Of a stretch of 64,000 nt of DNA, positions 1-9,494 are shown in pieces. The position numbers and the translations under genes were made by a program. Numbering within the stretch: position 1 is the stretch's first letter; the number at the start of each line of letters is the position of its first letter. The notes beneath the pieces are model-generated. The model searched no databases. It saw nothing but the letters and a program-made list of their open reading frames with translations, and was not told the DNA's origin. This DNA comes from Caldisericota bacterium (lineage in GTDB: Bacteria > Caldisericota > Caldisericia > JAAYUI01), in NCBI GenBank assembly GCA_029548865.1, contig JAKPMO010000026.1:68877-132876 (forward strand), given 5' to 3'.

Positions 1-1
1 G

Positions 2-715
2 ACGATTTGTGTTTCAACGCAAGTTGGTTGCCCATTGTCCTGCACATTTTGCCAGTCGGGAAGCACAGGTCTGGAAAGAAATCTTGAGGCATCAGAAATC
101 ATCTATCAGGTGGCACTCGCTAGACCTAAACCAAGGAATGTTGTTTTCATGGGCGTTGGGGAACCAATGCTCAATTGGACAAACTTCAAAGAGTCCGTGT
201 TGAGACTCCAGGATGAAGCTGGTATGTCACAGAGACACATGACTGTCTCAACTGTAGGTGTACCTGGTATGATAACAAGACTCGCGCAGGAGCTTCCGAG
301 AATCAATCTGGCCATATCCCTGCACGCCCCAACCCAAAGACTCAGGGAAAGGATCATGCCAAAAGCTGCAAAAGTAATGCAGATACGAAAACTTATTGGA
401 GAGATAAAACTTTATCAGGGGATAACGGGCAACAGGGTCACTTTTGAATACGTGATGCTTGATGGTATCAATGATGGGCTGGACAGTGCAGATGCGCTGG
501 CAGACATCACGGACGGCATAGCATCCCTTATAAACCTGATCCCTTACAACCCGACAGATTGTGCATCCTACAAACCATCAAACCCAGCAAAAATAAGGTT
601 TTTTCTTGAAAGGTTGAGGTCACAGGGGAGAGATGCAACTGTGAGAAAAAGCCTTGGACTTGGGGTTGATTCTGCGTGCGGCCAGCTCCGCGCAAGAAGG
701 AGCAATGATGAATAG
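2..715 (+). CDS. rlmN: 23S rRNA (adenine-C2)-methyltransferase RlmN, 5'-truncated by the window edge
   Basis: The frame is open from base 2: TICVSTQVGCPLSCTFC (CxxxCxxC), VFMGVGEP, AISLHAP, NLIPYNP, SACGQL. Confidence 0.92.
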   Translation, partial: TICVSTQVGCPLSCTFCQSGSTGLERNLEASEIIYQVALARPKPRNVVFMGVGEPMLNWTNFKESVLRLQDEAGMSQRHMTVSTVGVPGMITRLAQELPRINLAISLHAPTQRLRERIMPKAAKVMQIRKLIGEIKLYQGITGNRVTFEYVMLDGINDGLDSADALADITDGIASLINLIPYNPTDCASYKPSNPAKIRFFLERLRSQGRDATVRKSLGLGVDSACGQLRARRSNDE

Positions 716-1730
716 AGTCCTTTTATGGGCAGGCGTTTTTGTCCTCGTTTTGTTGGTCGCAGTGGGTGGTTTTTATCTATGGATGCAAAATGCTGTTGCT
801 ACACTTTATGGCAATGCTGAATATCCGGTTACATTTGAAGTTAAAGTTGGTTCCTCACCTTCCCAGATAGCAAAACTACTTGCAGATAAAGGACTCATAA
901 GCTCTGAATGGGTTTTTCTTTATGAAGTTCGCAGGGAAGAGGCTGGCCCGAAACTCCAGGCCGGTGTTTTCACCTTTGGCGAGCCGCTTTCGATGCCCCA
1001 GGTCATAAAAAAACTCATGACAGAAGGCAGACTCCCACCCACAAAAGTTCTCGTTCCGGAGGGAAGAACAGCCAGGGAGATTGGAATGTTGCTCTCATAC
1101 CTGCGCAGTTTTGATGGTGAGAAATATAGAGAGCTTGCTCTAAACTCAAAAGACAGCTTTCAGTTCAGATTTTCAAAAACTATAAAAGGCAAATCGCTTG
1201 AGGGTTATCTTTATCCTGACACGTACCTTCTTGATGATGTCTCTGCGGAAGGACTCATAAAGCGCCAGTTGAAAGAATTTGAACAAATATTTACCAGCAA
1301 GTTTGAAAAGAGATGCAAGGAACTTGGGCTGAGTGTCCATGAGCTGGTGACACTGGCCTCGATAATCGAGAGGGAATCTGGAACTACTGAGGAAATGAAG
1401 AATGTCTCATCGGTTTTCTGGAACAGGTTGAAAGCAGGCTGGAAGCTCGAATCTTGCGTAACTGTCGGTTATGTTCTCGATAAGCCTTCGGTGATCCTTA
1501 CTTTGAAAGAGCTTGCAGTCGATTCACCCTACAATACTTACAAATACCCCGGATTACCTCCTGGGCCGGTGTGCAATCCAGGCTTGTCGGCCATTGAGGC
1601 GGCACTCTGGCCAGCCAAGACAAATTATTTCTTTTTTGTCGCCACTGGCAAAGGCTACAACGATTTCTCTGAGACCATCACAGAACATAATCAGAAGGTC
1701 GCAAAATACCTCAAGAACGGGCTGAGATAG
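705..1730 (+). CDS. mltG: Endolytic transglycosylase MltG (YceG family)
   Basis: N-terminal TM helix, LEGYLYPDTY, LASIIERE, SPYNTYKYPGLPPGPVCNPG; AAGGAG precedes ATGs at 705 and 708. Confidence 0.92.
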   Translation: MMNRVLLWAGVFVLVLLVAVGGFYLWMQNAVATLYGNAEYPVTFEVKVGSSPSQIAKLLADKGLISSEWVFLYEVRREEAGPKLQAGVFTFGEPLSMPQVIKKLMTEGRLPPTKVLVPEGRTAREIGMLLSYLRSFDGEKYRELALNSKDSFQFRFSKTIKGKSLEGYLYPDTYLLDDVSAEGLIKRQLKEFEQIFTSKFEKRCKELGLSVHELVTLASIIERESGTTEEMKNVSSVFWNRLKAGWKLESCVTVGYVLDKPSVILTLKELAVDSPYNTYKYPGLPPGPVCNPGLSAIEAALWPAKTNYFFFVATGKGYNDFSETITEHNQKVAKYLKNGLR

Positions 1731-1769
1731 AACAGTAAAAGATTATTGCAGTTGCGGCGTGTTGCTTCA

Positions 1770-1797
1770 TTGACCGACTGGCTAAAAAGGATAAAAT
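1770..1797 (+). promoter_or_regulatory. Sigma70-type promoter for the buk operon
   Basis: TTGACC-N16-TAAAAT upstream of SD AAGGAG and ATG 1829. Confidence 0.5.
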
Positions 1798-1828
1798 AAG
1801 TAAGTAAACCGCAACCTGAAAGGAGCCT

Positions 1829-2890
1829 ATGGCAAGGGTACTAGTCATTAACCCAGGCTCCACCTCAACCAAGGTGGCAGTCTTCGACGACGAAAAAGAG
1901 ATAGCGCAGGAGAATATTACACATGGTAATGAGGAACTCGCTAGCTTTCCAAAAACATCAGACCAGGCACCATTCAGGCTCAAAGCCATAAAAGATTTCC
2001 TGTCCAGACACTCCATTCCAGAGGAAAGCATTGAATGTGTTGTTGGCAGGGGTGGGCCACTCAAACCAATTCCAGCAGGCACTTATATTATCAATGATGC
2101 AATGCTTGTTGATCTCATTGAATCAAAGAGAGCAGATCATCCATCCACCCTTGGCGGAATCATTGCCGACATGATAAGGAAAGAAAGAGGTATTCCAGCC
2201 TATATTGTTGATCCTGTGTCGGTTGATGAATTTGAAGATTTTGTAAGGGTGGCCGGTTTCCCGGAATGCGAAAGGGTATCACTGGGCCACGCTCTCAACA
2301 TCAGGGCTGCCTGTAGAAGGGCAGTCAAAGAACTCGGCATTACCCCTGGAACATCTAGATTTGTTGTTGCTCATATGGGCGGCGGCATTTCGGTTGTGCC
2401 TGCTGAGGCTGGAAGAATAGCCGATTACGACAATGCAAAAGAAGCCGGCCCAATCCAGCCAGAACGTTCTGGCTGGCTCCCGCTGGCCTCGCTCATTGAG
2501 CTCTGTTTTTCTGGAAAATACACAGAAGATGATATTGCAACCATGACTTCAAAAAAGGGTGGTATTTATGCCTACCTTGGCACAAATGACGTACGTGAGG
2601 TGCTTGATAGGATAAAAAAAGGAGACATGAAGGCCAAAATGGTCCTTGATGCCATGATCTATCAAATATCCCAGGAAATAGGCATCATGGCAACCACCCT
2701 AAAAGGCAAGGTTGATGCGATTATTCTTACCGGCTCCATCGCATATTCTGATTATGTTGTTTCGAGAATCACTGATTATGTTGGCTACATTGCCAAAGTG
2801 GTTGTTTATGGAGGTCAGATGGAGATGGAGGCGCTCGCCCAAGGAGGACTGAGAGTCCTAAGGGGCGTCGAGAAAGCGAAGGAGTACTAA
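1829..2890 (+). CDS. buk: Butyrate (branched-chain carboxylic acid) kinase
   Basis: INPGSTSTK, VVGRGG, HALN, AHMGGGIS and PERSG motifs; near ptb. Confidence 0.93.
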   Translation: MARVLVINPGSTSTKVAVFDDEKEIAQENITHGNEELASFPKTSDQAPFRLKAIKDFLSRHSIPEESIECVVGRGGPLKPIPAGTYIINDAMLVDLIESKRADHPSTLGGIIADMIRKERGIPAYIVDPVSVDEFEDFVRVAGFPECERVSLGHALNIRAACRRAVKELGITPGTSRFVVAHMGGGISVVPAEAGRIADYDNAKEAGPIQPERSGWLPLASLIELCFSGKYTEDDIATMTSKKGGIYAYLGTNDVREVLDRIKKGDMKAKMVLDAMIYQISQEIGIMATTLKGKVDAIILTGSIAYSDYVVSRITDYVGYIAKVVVYGGQMEMEALAQGGLRVLRGVEKAKEY

Positions 2891-2893
2891 AAA

Positions 2894-3766
2894 ATGGCGA
2901 CACTCCAGGATTTTGTACAGGTGCCGACCAAGGACCTACTGCTAAAATTCCTGGAAGAAGGTCCAAAGGTCGAGGGCAGGGAGAGGGTCAAATTACAGCG
3001 AAAAATGCTGGCAGACCCACTTCAAGCATTGTGGGACTTAATGAGCCAGGGTATGTCTGGTTTTTCAGGCTACCAGCTTCTCAGGTTGGGGATGCTATTT
3101 GATCCTGATGATGATCTCAGGGAGGTAAGGGCAGCTTATGATGCCCTTGTTGCTTTCCAGGCATGGGAAAAAGTAGAAGAAACTCTTAGAATGTCACGCA
3201 AATACTTTGGTGGGCCAGCCGCAATATGGGCACTGCTTATTGCTGACAGGACAAAACCTGATGTTGTAGAACGTTTTAAGGGTTATACAGGTTTTGGCAG
3301 CGTTCCACCTTATATAATCTTTTCAATCTGGCCAACAACTTACTCGCTTGTGCATTTAAAGGCCTCTGTTGCGAGGGAATATCACCACCAGATGAGGGCG
3401 ACCCTATTCCCTATTGGCGGCCCGCATTTTGATCTCGCCTCTGCCATTGTCAATGAGGGCCTTGCAGAAGTTTTTGTTGAAGAGCAATATGGGCAACAGT
3501 CTGTCTCTGAAATAGCGGCCAGCCTTTTAGTTGATCAAGTAAAGGCCCTGTGGCCAAAGTACAAAGATAATCTGAAACTTGTTGGTATGGACAGGCATAG
3601 GCCCTTCCTCTATGGTGGTTATGGATCCGATCTCCCCTTCTGTGCGGGTTTTGCGGTTGGATACCAGATTGTAAAGGGTTATCTTTCAAAACACAAAGAA
3701 TCTACAAGCAGAGACCTCATATCAATGCCTGCACAAAAAATTGTTCAGGGTTCAATTTTCCAATAA
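2894..3766 (+). CDS. DUF2268-like predicted Zn-dependent protease
   Basis: AREYHH...EGLAE...GFAVGYQIV pattern of this family. Confidence 0.7.
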   Translation: MATLQDFVQVPTKDLLLKFLEEGPKVEGRERVKLQRKMLADPLQALWDLMSQGMSGFSGYQLLRLGMLFDPDDDLREVRAAYDALVAFQAWEKVEETLRMSRKYFGGPAAIWALLIADRTKPDVVERFKGYTGFGSVPPYIIFSIWPTTYSLVHLKASVAREYHHQMRATLFPIGGPHFDLASAIVNEGLAEVFVEEQYGQQSVSEIAASLLVDQVKALWPKYKDNLKLVGMDRHRPFLYGGYGSDLPFCAGFAVGYQIVKGYLSKHKESTSRDLISMPAQKIVQGSIFQ

Positions 3767-3783
3767 TCAAGGAGAAACATATA

Positions 3784-4692
3784 ATGATTGAGAATTTTAC
3801 ACAGCTTGTTGAAGTTGCGAAGAAGAAGGGTCCGAGAAAGCTTATTGTTGCTGCAGCAGAGGACGACGTTGTTCTTGAAGCAGTCAAAATGGCAGTTGAT
3901 CAAAAAATTATCGAGCCGATTCTTGTTGGCAACGAACCTGAAATCAAGAGAATTGCATCACAGCTTAATATGGAAGTCCCATGGCCGATAATTCACCAGC
4001 CAGATCCAACAGCTTCTCCAAAGGTGGCAGTTGAGGAAATCAGAAATGGAAAAGCTGAAATAATCATGAAAGGTCTTGTTGGTACACCGATACTTCTCAA
4101 GGCTGTTTTGGACAAGGAAAAGGGTCTTGCAAAAAGCAAGGTGCTTTCACATGTTGGTCTTATTGGAACCAGCACATACAAAAAGCTCATGATTATGACT
4201 GATGGTGGAATGGTCCCAGCACCAACCCTCGATGAAAAGATAGAAATACTTAAGAATGCAATTATTGTCGCTAGAGCACTTGGTGTTAGCCCTATAAAGG
4301 TAGCAGTCTGTTCATCCGTTGAGACTGTCTCAAACAAGGTTGTCTCGACAATGGATGCAGCCATACTCGCAAAGATGGGAGATAGGAAGCAATTTGGAAA
4401 AGACGTAATTATTGATGGTCCTCTCGCAATGGATAATGCCGTCAATAAGCATGCCGCGGAGCACAAGGGTATCATATCGGAAGTCGCCGGAGACGCCGAT
4501 GTACTACTTATGCCAAACATTGAATCAGGCAATATATTCTACAAGGCCCTAGTTTATCTGGGCAACTGCAACGCCGAGACGGCCGGAATCGTCCTTGGCG
4601 CTAAGGTCCCAGTAATAGTGCCTTCAAGGTCTGATACAGCAGAGTCGAAATTGAATGCAATTGCAGCATCCGTCCTGATTGCTGGAATCTAG
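3784..4692 (+). CDS. ptb: Phosphate butyryltransferase (PTA/PTB family)
   Basis: IMKGLV, TDGGM, DGPLAMDNAV, MPNIESGN, PSRSD motifs. Confidence 0.9.
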   Translation: MIENFTQLVEVAKKKGPRKLIVAAAEDDVVLEAVKMAVDQKIIEPILVGNEPEIKRIASQLNMEVPWPIIHQPDPTASPKVAVEEIRNGKAEIIMKGLVGTPILLKAVLDKEKGLAKSKVLSHVGLIGTSTYKKLMIMTDGGMVPAPTLDEKIEILKNAIIVARALGVSPIKVAVCSSVETVSNKVVSTMDAAILAKMGDRKQFGKDVIIDGPLAMDNAVNKHAAEHKGIISEVAGDADVLLMPNIESGNIFYKALVYLGNCNAETAGIVLGAKVPVIVPSRSDTAESKLNAIAASVLIAGI

Positions 4693-4763
4693 GACTTCTA
4701 ATTGACTCGCGCTTTGCAGGCGGCGCAAAAGATGCCTGTGCGTAAAGAAAAGGAGAGTGTAGG

Positions 4764-6110
4764 GTGTCGAATTTTATTGACGAGATTATGTCTATTGTTA
4801 AACAAAGGGACCCGGCTTCGCCGGAATTCCACCAGGCAGTCCACGAGGTTGTGGAAAGTCTGGAGCCGCTCATAGAGCGCAATCCAGTCTACAGGAAACT
4901 GCGCGTCGTTGAGCGCATCATTGAACCCGAGAGGGTAGTAATGTTCCGTGTACCATGGGTCAATGATGCGGGGGACATCATTGTAAATAGGGGGTTCAGG
5001 GTAGAATTCAATAGTGCAATTGGACCGTACAAAGGTGGTTTAAGGTTCCATCCAAGTGTGAATATATCAATCCTGAAGTTCCTTGGTTTCGAACAGATTC
5101 TCAAGAACGCCCTCACAACCCTTCCAATGGGTGGAGGAAAAGGTGGGGCAGATTTTGACCCCAAAAGCAAATCTGACAATGAAGTAATGAGATTTTGCCA
5201 GAGCTTCATGAATGAGCTCTTCCGCCATCTTGGTCCAAACACCGATGTTCCCGCCGGAGACATAGGCGTTGGAGGCAGAGAAATAGGCTACCTGTTTGGC
5301 CAGTACAAGAGGCTCATGAATGAATTCTCTGGTGTATTTACTGGAAAGGGAATCACATTTGGTGGCTCGCTCATACGTCCTGAAGCCACAGGTTATGGTG
5401 CGACGTATTTCCTCATGAATATGCTTGCCACCAAGGGTCTGGATCTGAAGGGCAAGCTGGTAGCAATTTCAGGTTCTGGAAATGTTTCACAGTATGCTAT
5501 TGAGAAAGTCACCGAGTTTGGTGGCAAGGTCATAACTTGCTCTGATTCGGACGGCTACATAATTGATGAAGCTGGAATCGATAAAGAGAAGCTGCACTTT
5601 ATTATGTGGCTCAAAAATGTCAAGAGGGGCAGAATCAAGGAATACGCAGAAAAATATAACGCAAAGTATTTTGATGGTGCCCAGGGAATCTGGAAGGCTC
5701 ACAATTATCATGTGGCCATGCCTTGCGCAACGCAAAACGAGCTTGATGAAGTATCTGCAGAGGCACTTGTTAAGGGTGGCTGCGTTGCCGTTTCTGAGGG
5801 TGCGAATATGCCTTCAACTCCGGGGGCAGTAAAGATATTTCTTAACAATGGTATACTGTATGGCCTTGGAAAAGCTGCCAATGCAGGTGGGGTTGCCGTT
5901 TCGGGACTTGAAATGACACAGAATGCCCTCCACATGGCATGGACAAGGGATGAAGTTGATAAGCATTTGCAGAGAATAATGAAAGAAATTCATGATTCAG
6001 CCTATAACGCGGCTGAGGAGTTTGGGCAAAGGCATAATTATGTTCTTGGTGCAAACATTGCTGGTTTCAGAAAAGTCGCTGACGCAATGATAGCGCAGGG
6101 CATAGTCTGA
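4764..6110 (+). CDS. gdhA: Glutamate dehydrogenase (NADP-specific-like)
   Basis: GPYKGGLRFHPSV, GGGKGG, DVPAGDIGVG, RPEATGYG, GSGNV, EGANMP; GTG start after AAGGAG. Confidence 0.95.
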   Translation: MSNFIDEIMSIVKQRDPASPEFHQAVHEVVESLEPLIERNPVYRKLRVVERIIEPERVVMFRVPWVNDAGDIIVNRGFRVEFNSAIGPYKGGLRFHPSVNISILKFLGFEQILKNALTTLPMGGGKGGADFDPKSKSDNEVMRFCQSFMNELFRHLGPNTDVPAGDIGVGGREIGYLFGQYKRLMNEFSGVFTGKGITFGGSLIRPEATGYGATYFLMNMLATKGLDLKGKLVAISGSGNVSQYAIEKVTEFGGKVITCSDSDGYIIDEAGIDKEKLHFIMWLKNVKRGRIKEYAEKYNAKYFDGAQGIWKAHNYHVAMPCATQNELDEVSAEALVKGGCVAVSEGANMPSTPGAVKIFLNNGILYGLGKAANAGGVAVSGLEMTQNALHMAWTRDEVDKHLQRIMKEIHDSAYNAAEEFGQRHNYVLGANIAGFRKVADAMIAQGIV

Positions 6111-6134
6111 CCCGGTTGGTGGAAAGTAGAAACT

Positions 6135-6162
6135 GGGGCGACCTTTTGGTCGCCCCTTTTTT
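6135..6162 (+). terminator. Intrinsic terminator after gdhA
   Basis: GGGGCGACC-TTTT-GGTCGCCCC followed by T6. Confidence 0.85.
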
Positions 6163-6177
6163 AAAAGAGGTGTTTTA

Positions 6178-6714
6178 ATGAATAAAGTGCTGGCAGTGAC
6201 AGTTTTTGGGCTAACTTTTTGTTTTCTGGCCGGATGTGGTAGCAATACTATAAAAGGGTCATTTTTTGAAATGGAGATTCCAAAGGGGATGTATCAAGTT
6301 GAAATTCCCGATGGTTTTTCTTATCAGATTGTATTGATGCCGGACAGGGAGAAAATAGAAAGCATCAATGATATGACTGGAAAAACTGCTTTTTGCTCAT
6401 TTAAGTGGTTTAAAGGGGCATTTAAAAAAGGTGTTGTAAAGGGACTTGAAACGGGCACGCTTCCGCCTTATGCAGAAACTATTTTAAGCAGTGAGGCCAA
6501 GGCTGGGAACATGACTGTATTTACCGAGCAGATTAATCAAAAGGACCAAAGTGGCACCCAGGTGATCAGGTCCATTTTTAGAGCGGTGTTTCCTTTTGAT
6601 GGGTGGTGCTTGGAAATAATTGCTTCAGTGCAACCAGGATCATCGGTGGATCTTGAGGAAGTTAAAAAATTGATACAAAAAATTGAGTTTACAAATCCAT
6701 CTTTTGCTCCTTGA
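6178..6714 (+). CDS. Hypothetical lipoprotein (PsbP-like fold suspected)
   Basis: SD GAGGTG, signal peptide ending in lipobox LAGC. Confidence 0.7.
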   Translation: MNKVLAVTVFGLTFCFLAGCGSNTIKGSFFEMEIPKGMYQVEIPDGFSYQIVLMPDREKIESINDMTGKTAFCSFKWFKGAFKKGVVKGLETGTLPPYAETILSSEAKAGNMTVFTEQINQKDQSGTQVIRSIFRAVFPFDGWCLEIIASVQPGSSVDLEEVKKLIQKIEFTNPSFAP

Positions 6715-6745
6715 AACTTGTCCTTCAGAAGGGAGAATTATAGAT

Positions 6746-7198
6746 ATGAAAATAACCAAATTTGCCTTGGTGACTTTGTTGGCAGTTGCCCTTTGCGCTT
6801 GTGCGAGCGGTGTACTGGCAAAGGGCCCATTCTTCACGGTAGTTGTTCCTGAGCGTTTCCCGATAGAGAATTCCCCCCAAAGATTGGCGTTCCAGGGTCC
6901 GGAATGCAGGGTCCAGATAAAATGGTGGCCCGATGGAATGGCCTGGAGAGAATCTGTGGAAGCCAGTGAGATGGAAGGGGATGAAATCATTTCAACATGG
7001 CAAGAAACTGTTGATGGCAAAACAATGGAGTTCACCGATGCCAAAAATGGACAAAGAGAGAAAATTTATTTCAAACTTCAGATAGATGGTGGTTTCATAA
7101 TGGGTTTTGGGACTGTGATAACTTCCAAGGAACCAATACTCGAAGCTGCAAGATCGTTAAAGGTAACAAATGAAAAATACTTCCAGGAAAATAATTAG
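6746..7198 (+). CDS. Hypothetical exported protein or lipoprotein
   Basis: Start reassigned to ATG 6746 (MKITKFALVTLLAVALCAC); terminal motifs shared with its neighbours. Confidence 0.6.
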   Translation: MKITKFALVTLLAVALCACASGVLAKGPFFTVVVPERFPIENSPQRLAFQGPECRVQIKWWPDGMAWRESVEASEMEGDEIISTWQETVDGKTMEFTDAKNGQREKIYFKLQIDGGFIMGFGTVITSKEPILEAARSLKVTNEKYFQENN

Positions 7199-7799
7199 TT
7201 TTGCCATTACTTTTCTGGTAATAGCAATTTTGATAGTCGTTTTTTATTCCTGCAGGTCTTCCGGGGGAGGCCCAGGTCCTTCTTCAGCTTATATAGGACC
7301 TTTTTATACGCTCGAAACGGGCAAATCCTGGGAATCATTCAAATATTTCGGGGAACTTAGAAAAGAAACTGGAGCCTATAGCTATACGATATTCCACAAG
7401 GCCCCCATCAAGATTTCCAAATGGGATGATGAAGAGAATTACGAATATGCGTTTGTTTGTGCATCATACAACGATAACAATGTATCTCTTGGGGATTTTA
7501 GAAAGCTCATGGAACTTCCAGTATCCAATAACGTAAAACTTTTAAAGAAAGACAATATCATCCTTGGTAATCTCGATGCAAGATGGTATGAGTATGAAAT
7601 AACCGTGACATCCAGTAACAGCAAAGTCTTCAATTTGATTGTTGATCTACCAATCGACAAAGGCTACATAGAGATAAGAGCCTGGGCGCCGATGGGTGAT
7701 GAGGATGTAAAGGAAGAATTTAGAAAAATCGCTGAGACTCTTAGAGTTACCGACAAAGATTTTTTTGCTAAAAACAAACACATGGAAGGTGGCAAATGA
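7170..7799 (+). CDS. Hypothetical membrane-anchored protein (PsbP-like fold suspected)
   Basis: N-terminal hydrophobic helix ending FYSC, Gly/Pro linker; overlaps both neighbours. Confidence 0.65.
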   Translation: MKNTSRKIISFAITFLVIAILIVVFYSCRSSGGGPGPSSAYIGPFYTLETGKSWESFKYFGELRKETGAYSYTIFHKAPIKISKWDDEENYEYAFVCASYNDNNVSLGDFRKLMELPVSNNVKLLKKDNIILGNLDARWYEYEITVTSSNSKVFNLIVDLPIDKGYIEIRAWAPMGDEDVKEEFRKIAETLRVTDKDFFAKNKHMEGGK

Positions 7800-8788
7800 A
7801 GGTATTGACCCTATTCCCAGCCGAGAACGCAATTGAAGCCTCTGTTTTTGATGGCAAGAGCAAAATATCAAGCGCAAATTTTGCTTATCCGGAATGCTTA
7901 TGCGAAACTGGCTCGATTGCGGAAAAGATCGCCATACAAATGGGTGGTATGTCAACTGATATAGGAATTACTTGCTATTCCATGGCTCCTCAAGCATGTA
8001 ACAAAATCACGATATTGGACAATGAGCTTTCTTCAAAGATAGCCTGTGACACCTTTGGCCATGAGAAAACCAATATATGTCCACAGATACTTTTGTCGCT
8101 TGCCCCAAAAAAAGCCATGCTTGTATATCCGCTTACTTATGGTGAGTTACCGCCTGTTGCTGTGCTTTCTGGTATACCTCAAATCCAGCGTAGGATAGTT
8201 GCAAGAACATTTGAACACCTTCTTGGTGCAAAAGAGTTGTGCAAAATAACTGGTAAAGAATATGAACAATCCAATATTATCTCAATTTATTTGAGCAGTG
8301 ATGAGATATCTGCATGTGCCCATGAAAAGGGTGGAGTGCTAGATATTGAAGATTCCTACGATGGCGAAGGCGCTATGACGCTAACCAGATCAGGGTTTTT
8401 TGGTCAGAGATGTGTTTATAAAATGGCCTTTTCTGGCAAATATACCAAAGAGCAGATGCTTGAAAAGGTGAGAGGAAAATCGGGCATTCTAGGCCATCTT
8501 GGGACATCTGATCTGAATGAAGTCAGAAAAATGGTAAAATCTGGCAACAAGAAAGCAGAAGATGTTTACAAAGCTTTTGTCTATGGAGTAGCAAAATCAA
8601 TTGGAAAAATGGCTGCAAGCCTCAAAGGGAAAGTTGATGGCATTGGATTAATTGGATCACTGTCTACTGATGGGGAATTGGTTGCAGAGCTAAAGAATTA
8701 TGTTGGTTATATCAAAAATCCAGTCCCTCTTGGAATTGACCCTTCATCTGCACTCATGGAGATTGCTGTCACACACAAGGAAAACTGA
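7796..8788 (+). CDS. Divergent butyrate-kinase-like protein
   Basis: C-terminal half resembles Buk (GEGAMTLTRSG, FSGKYT, HLGTSD, LKGKVDGIGLIG); catalytic motifs are altered. Confidence 0.75.
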   Translation: MKVLTLFPAENAIEASVFDGKSKISSANFAYPECLCETGSIAEKIAIQMGGMSTDIGITCYSMAPQACNKITILDNELSSKIACDTFGHEKTNICPQILLSLAPKKAMLVYPLTYGELPPVAVLSGIPQIQRRIVARTFEHLLGAKELCKITGKEYEQSNIISIYLSSDEISACAHEKGGVLDIEDSYDGEGAMTLTRSGFFGQRCVYKMAFSGKYTKEQMLEKVRGKSGILGHLGTSDLNEVRKMVKSGNKKAEDVYKAFVYGVAKSIGKMAASLKGKVDGIGLIGSLSTDGELVAELKNYVGYIKNPVPLGIDPSSALMEIAVTHKEN

Positions 8789-8789
8789 T

Positions 8790-9494
8790 ATGGAAGCAAG
8801 AATATTTATTTTTGCCGGCACCACTGGTACCGGCAAGACAGAGGTTGCCATAAATTATGCTCTCTATCTCCACCAAAACGATGAAAAAGTTGCCCTTTTA
8901 GATTTTGATGTTGTCAAACCATACATACGAATCAGGGATAAAGCGGACATCTTGAGAAAGGCTGGACTTGAAGTCCTGATGCCGGAAGGATCAATTGCTT
9001 TTGCTGATATGCCAATAATTCCAACACACTTGTATGCGTGGGTGGCGGACAAATCCAGAAAACTCGTTGTAGATGTCGGTGGCGACAAGCAGGGTTCAAC
9101 AGCACTTGCGCAAGTGATGCCAAGGATCGAAACTAATGGATACGAGTTTATATTGGTAGTAAATCCTTTTAGACCATTTTCCAAAACTGTGGATCAGATA
9201 AAGACAATTGCGGGTGAGGTTGCTTTTGGAGCACGTGCTAAATTCACGCATATTGTTGCGAACCCACACCTTAAGGAAAAAAGTACAAGAAAAGACTTCC
9301 TTGAAGGCTTGGAAATAGTAAAGCAAGCCTCAAAAGAAATGGAACTTCCAATAAAATTTGTGGCCGTTTCACACGAATATCTGAAAGATGTTACTCAGGA
9401 TGATCTTCCAGCTCCAATGCTTCCATTGCAACTTTTTATAAAATATCCTTGGGAAGAGAAACCAAGAGTCAATTGGATATATAGAAGAGGTTAA
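8790..9494 (+). CDS. P-loop ATP-binding protein (MinD/ParA/CobQ-like)
   Basis: GTTGTGKTE Walker A, DFDVVKPY, DVGGD, VVNPFRPF; start ATG 8790 directly after the previous stop. Confidence 0.8.
   Translation: MEARIFIFAGTTGTGKTEVAINYALYLHQNDEKVALLDFDVVKPYIRIRDKADILRKAGLEVLMPEGSIAFADMPIIPTHLYAWVADKSRKLVVDVGGDKQGSTALAQVMPRIETNGYEFILVVNPFRPFSKTVDQIKTIAGEVAFGARAKFTHIVANPHLKEKSTRKDFLEGLEIVKQASKEMELPIKFVAVSHEYLKDVTQDDLPAPMLPLQLFIKYPWEEKPRVNWIYRRG

Noticed and set aside
4700..4745. Hairpin upstream of gdhA as an ANTAR or riboswitch element
   Set aside because: Only one weak stem (GCAGGCG/TGCCTGT); no paired-hairpin motif or terminator.
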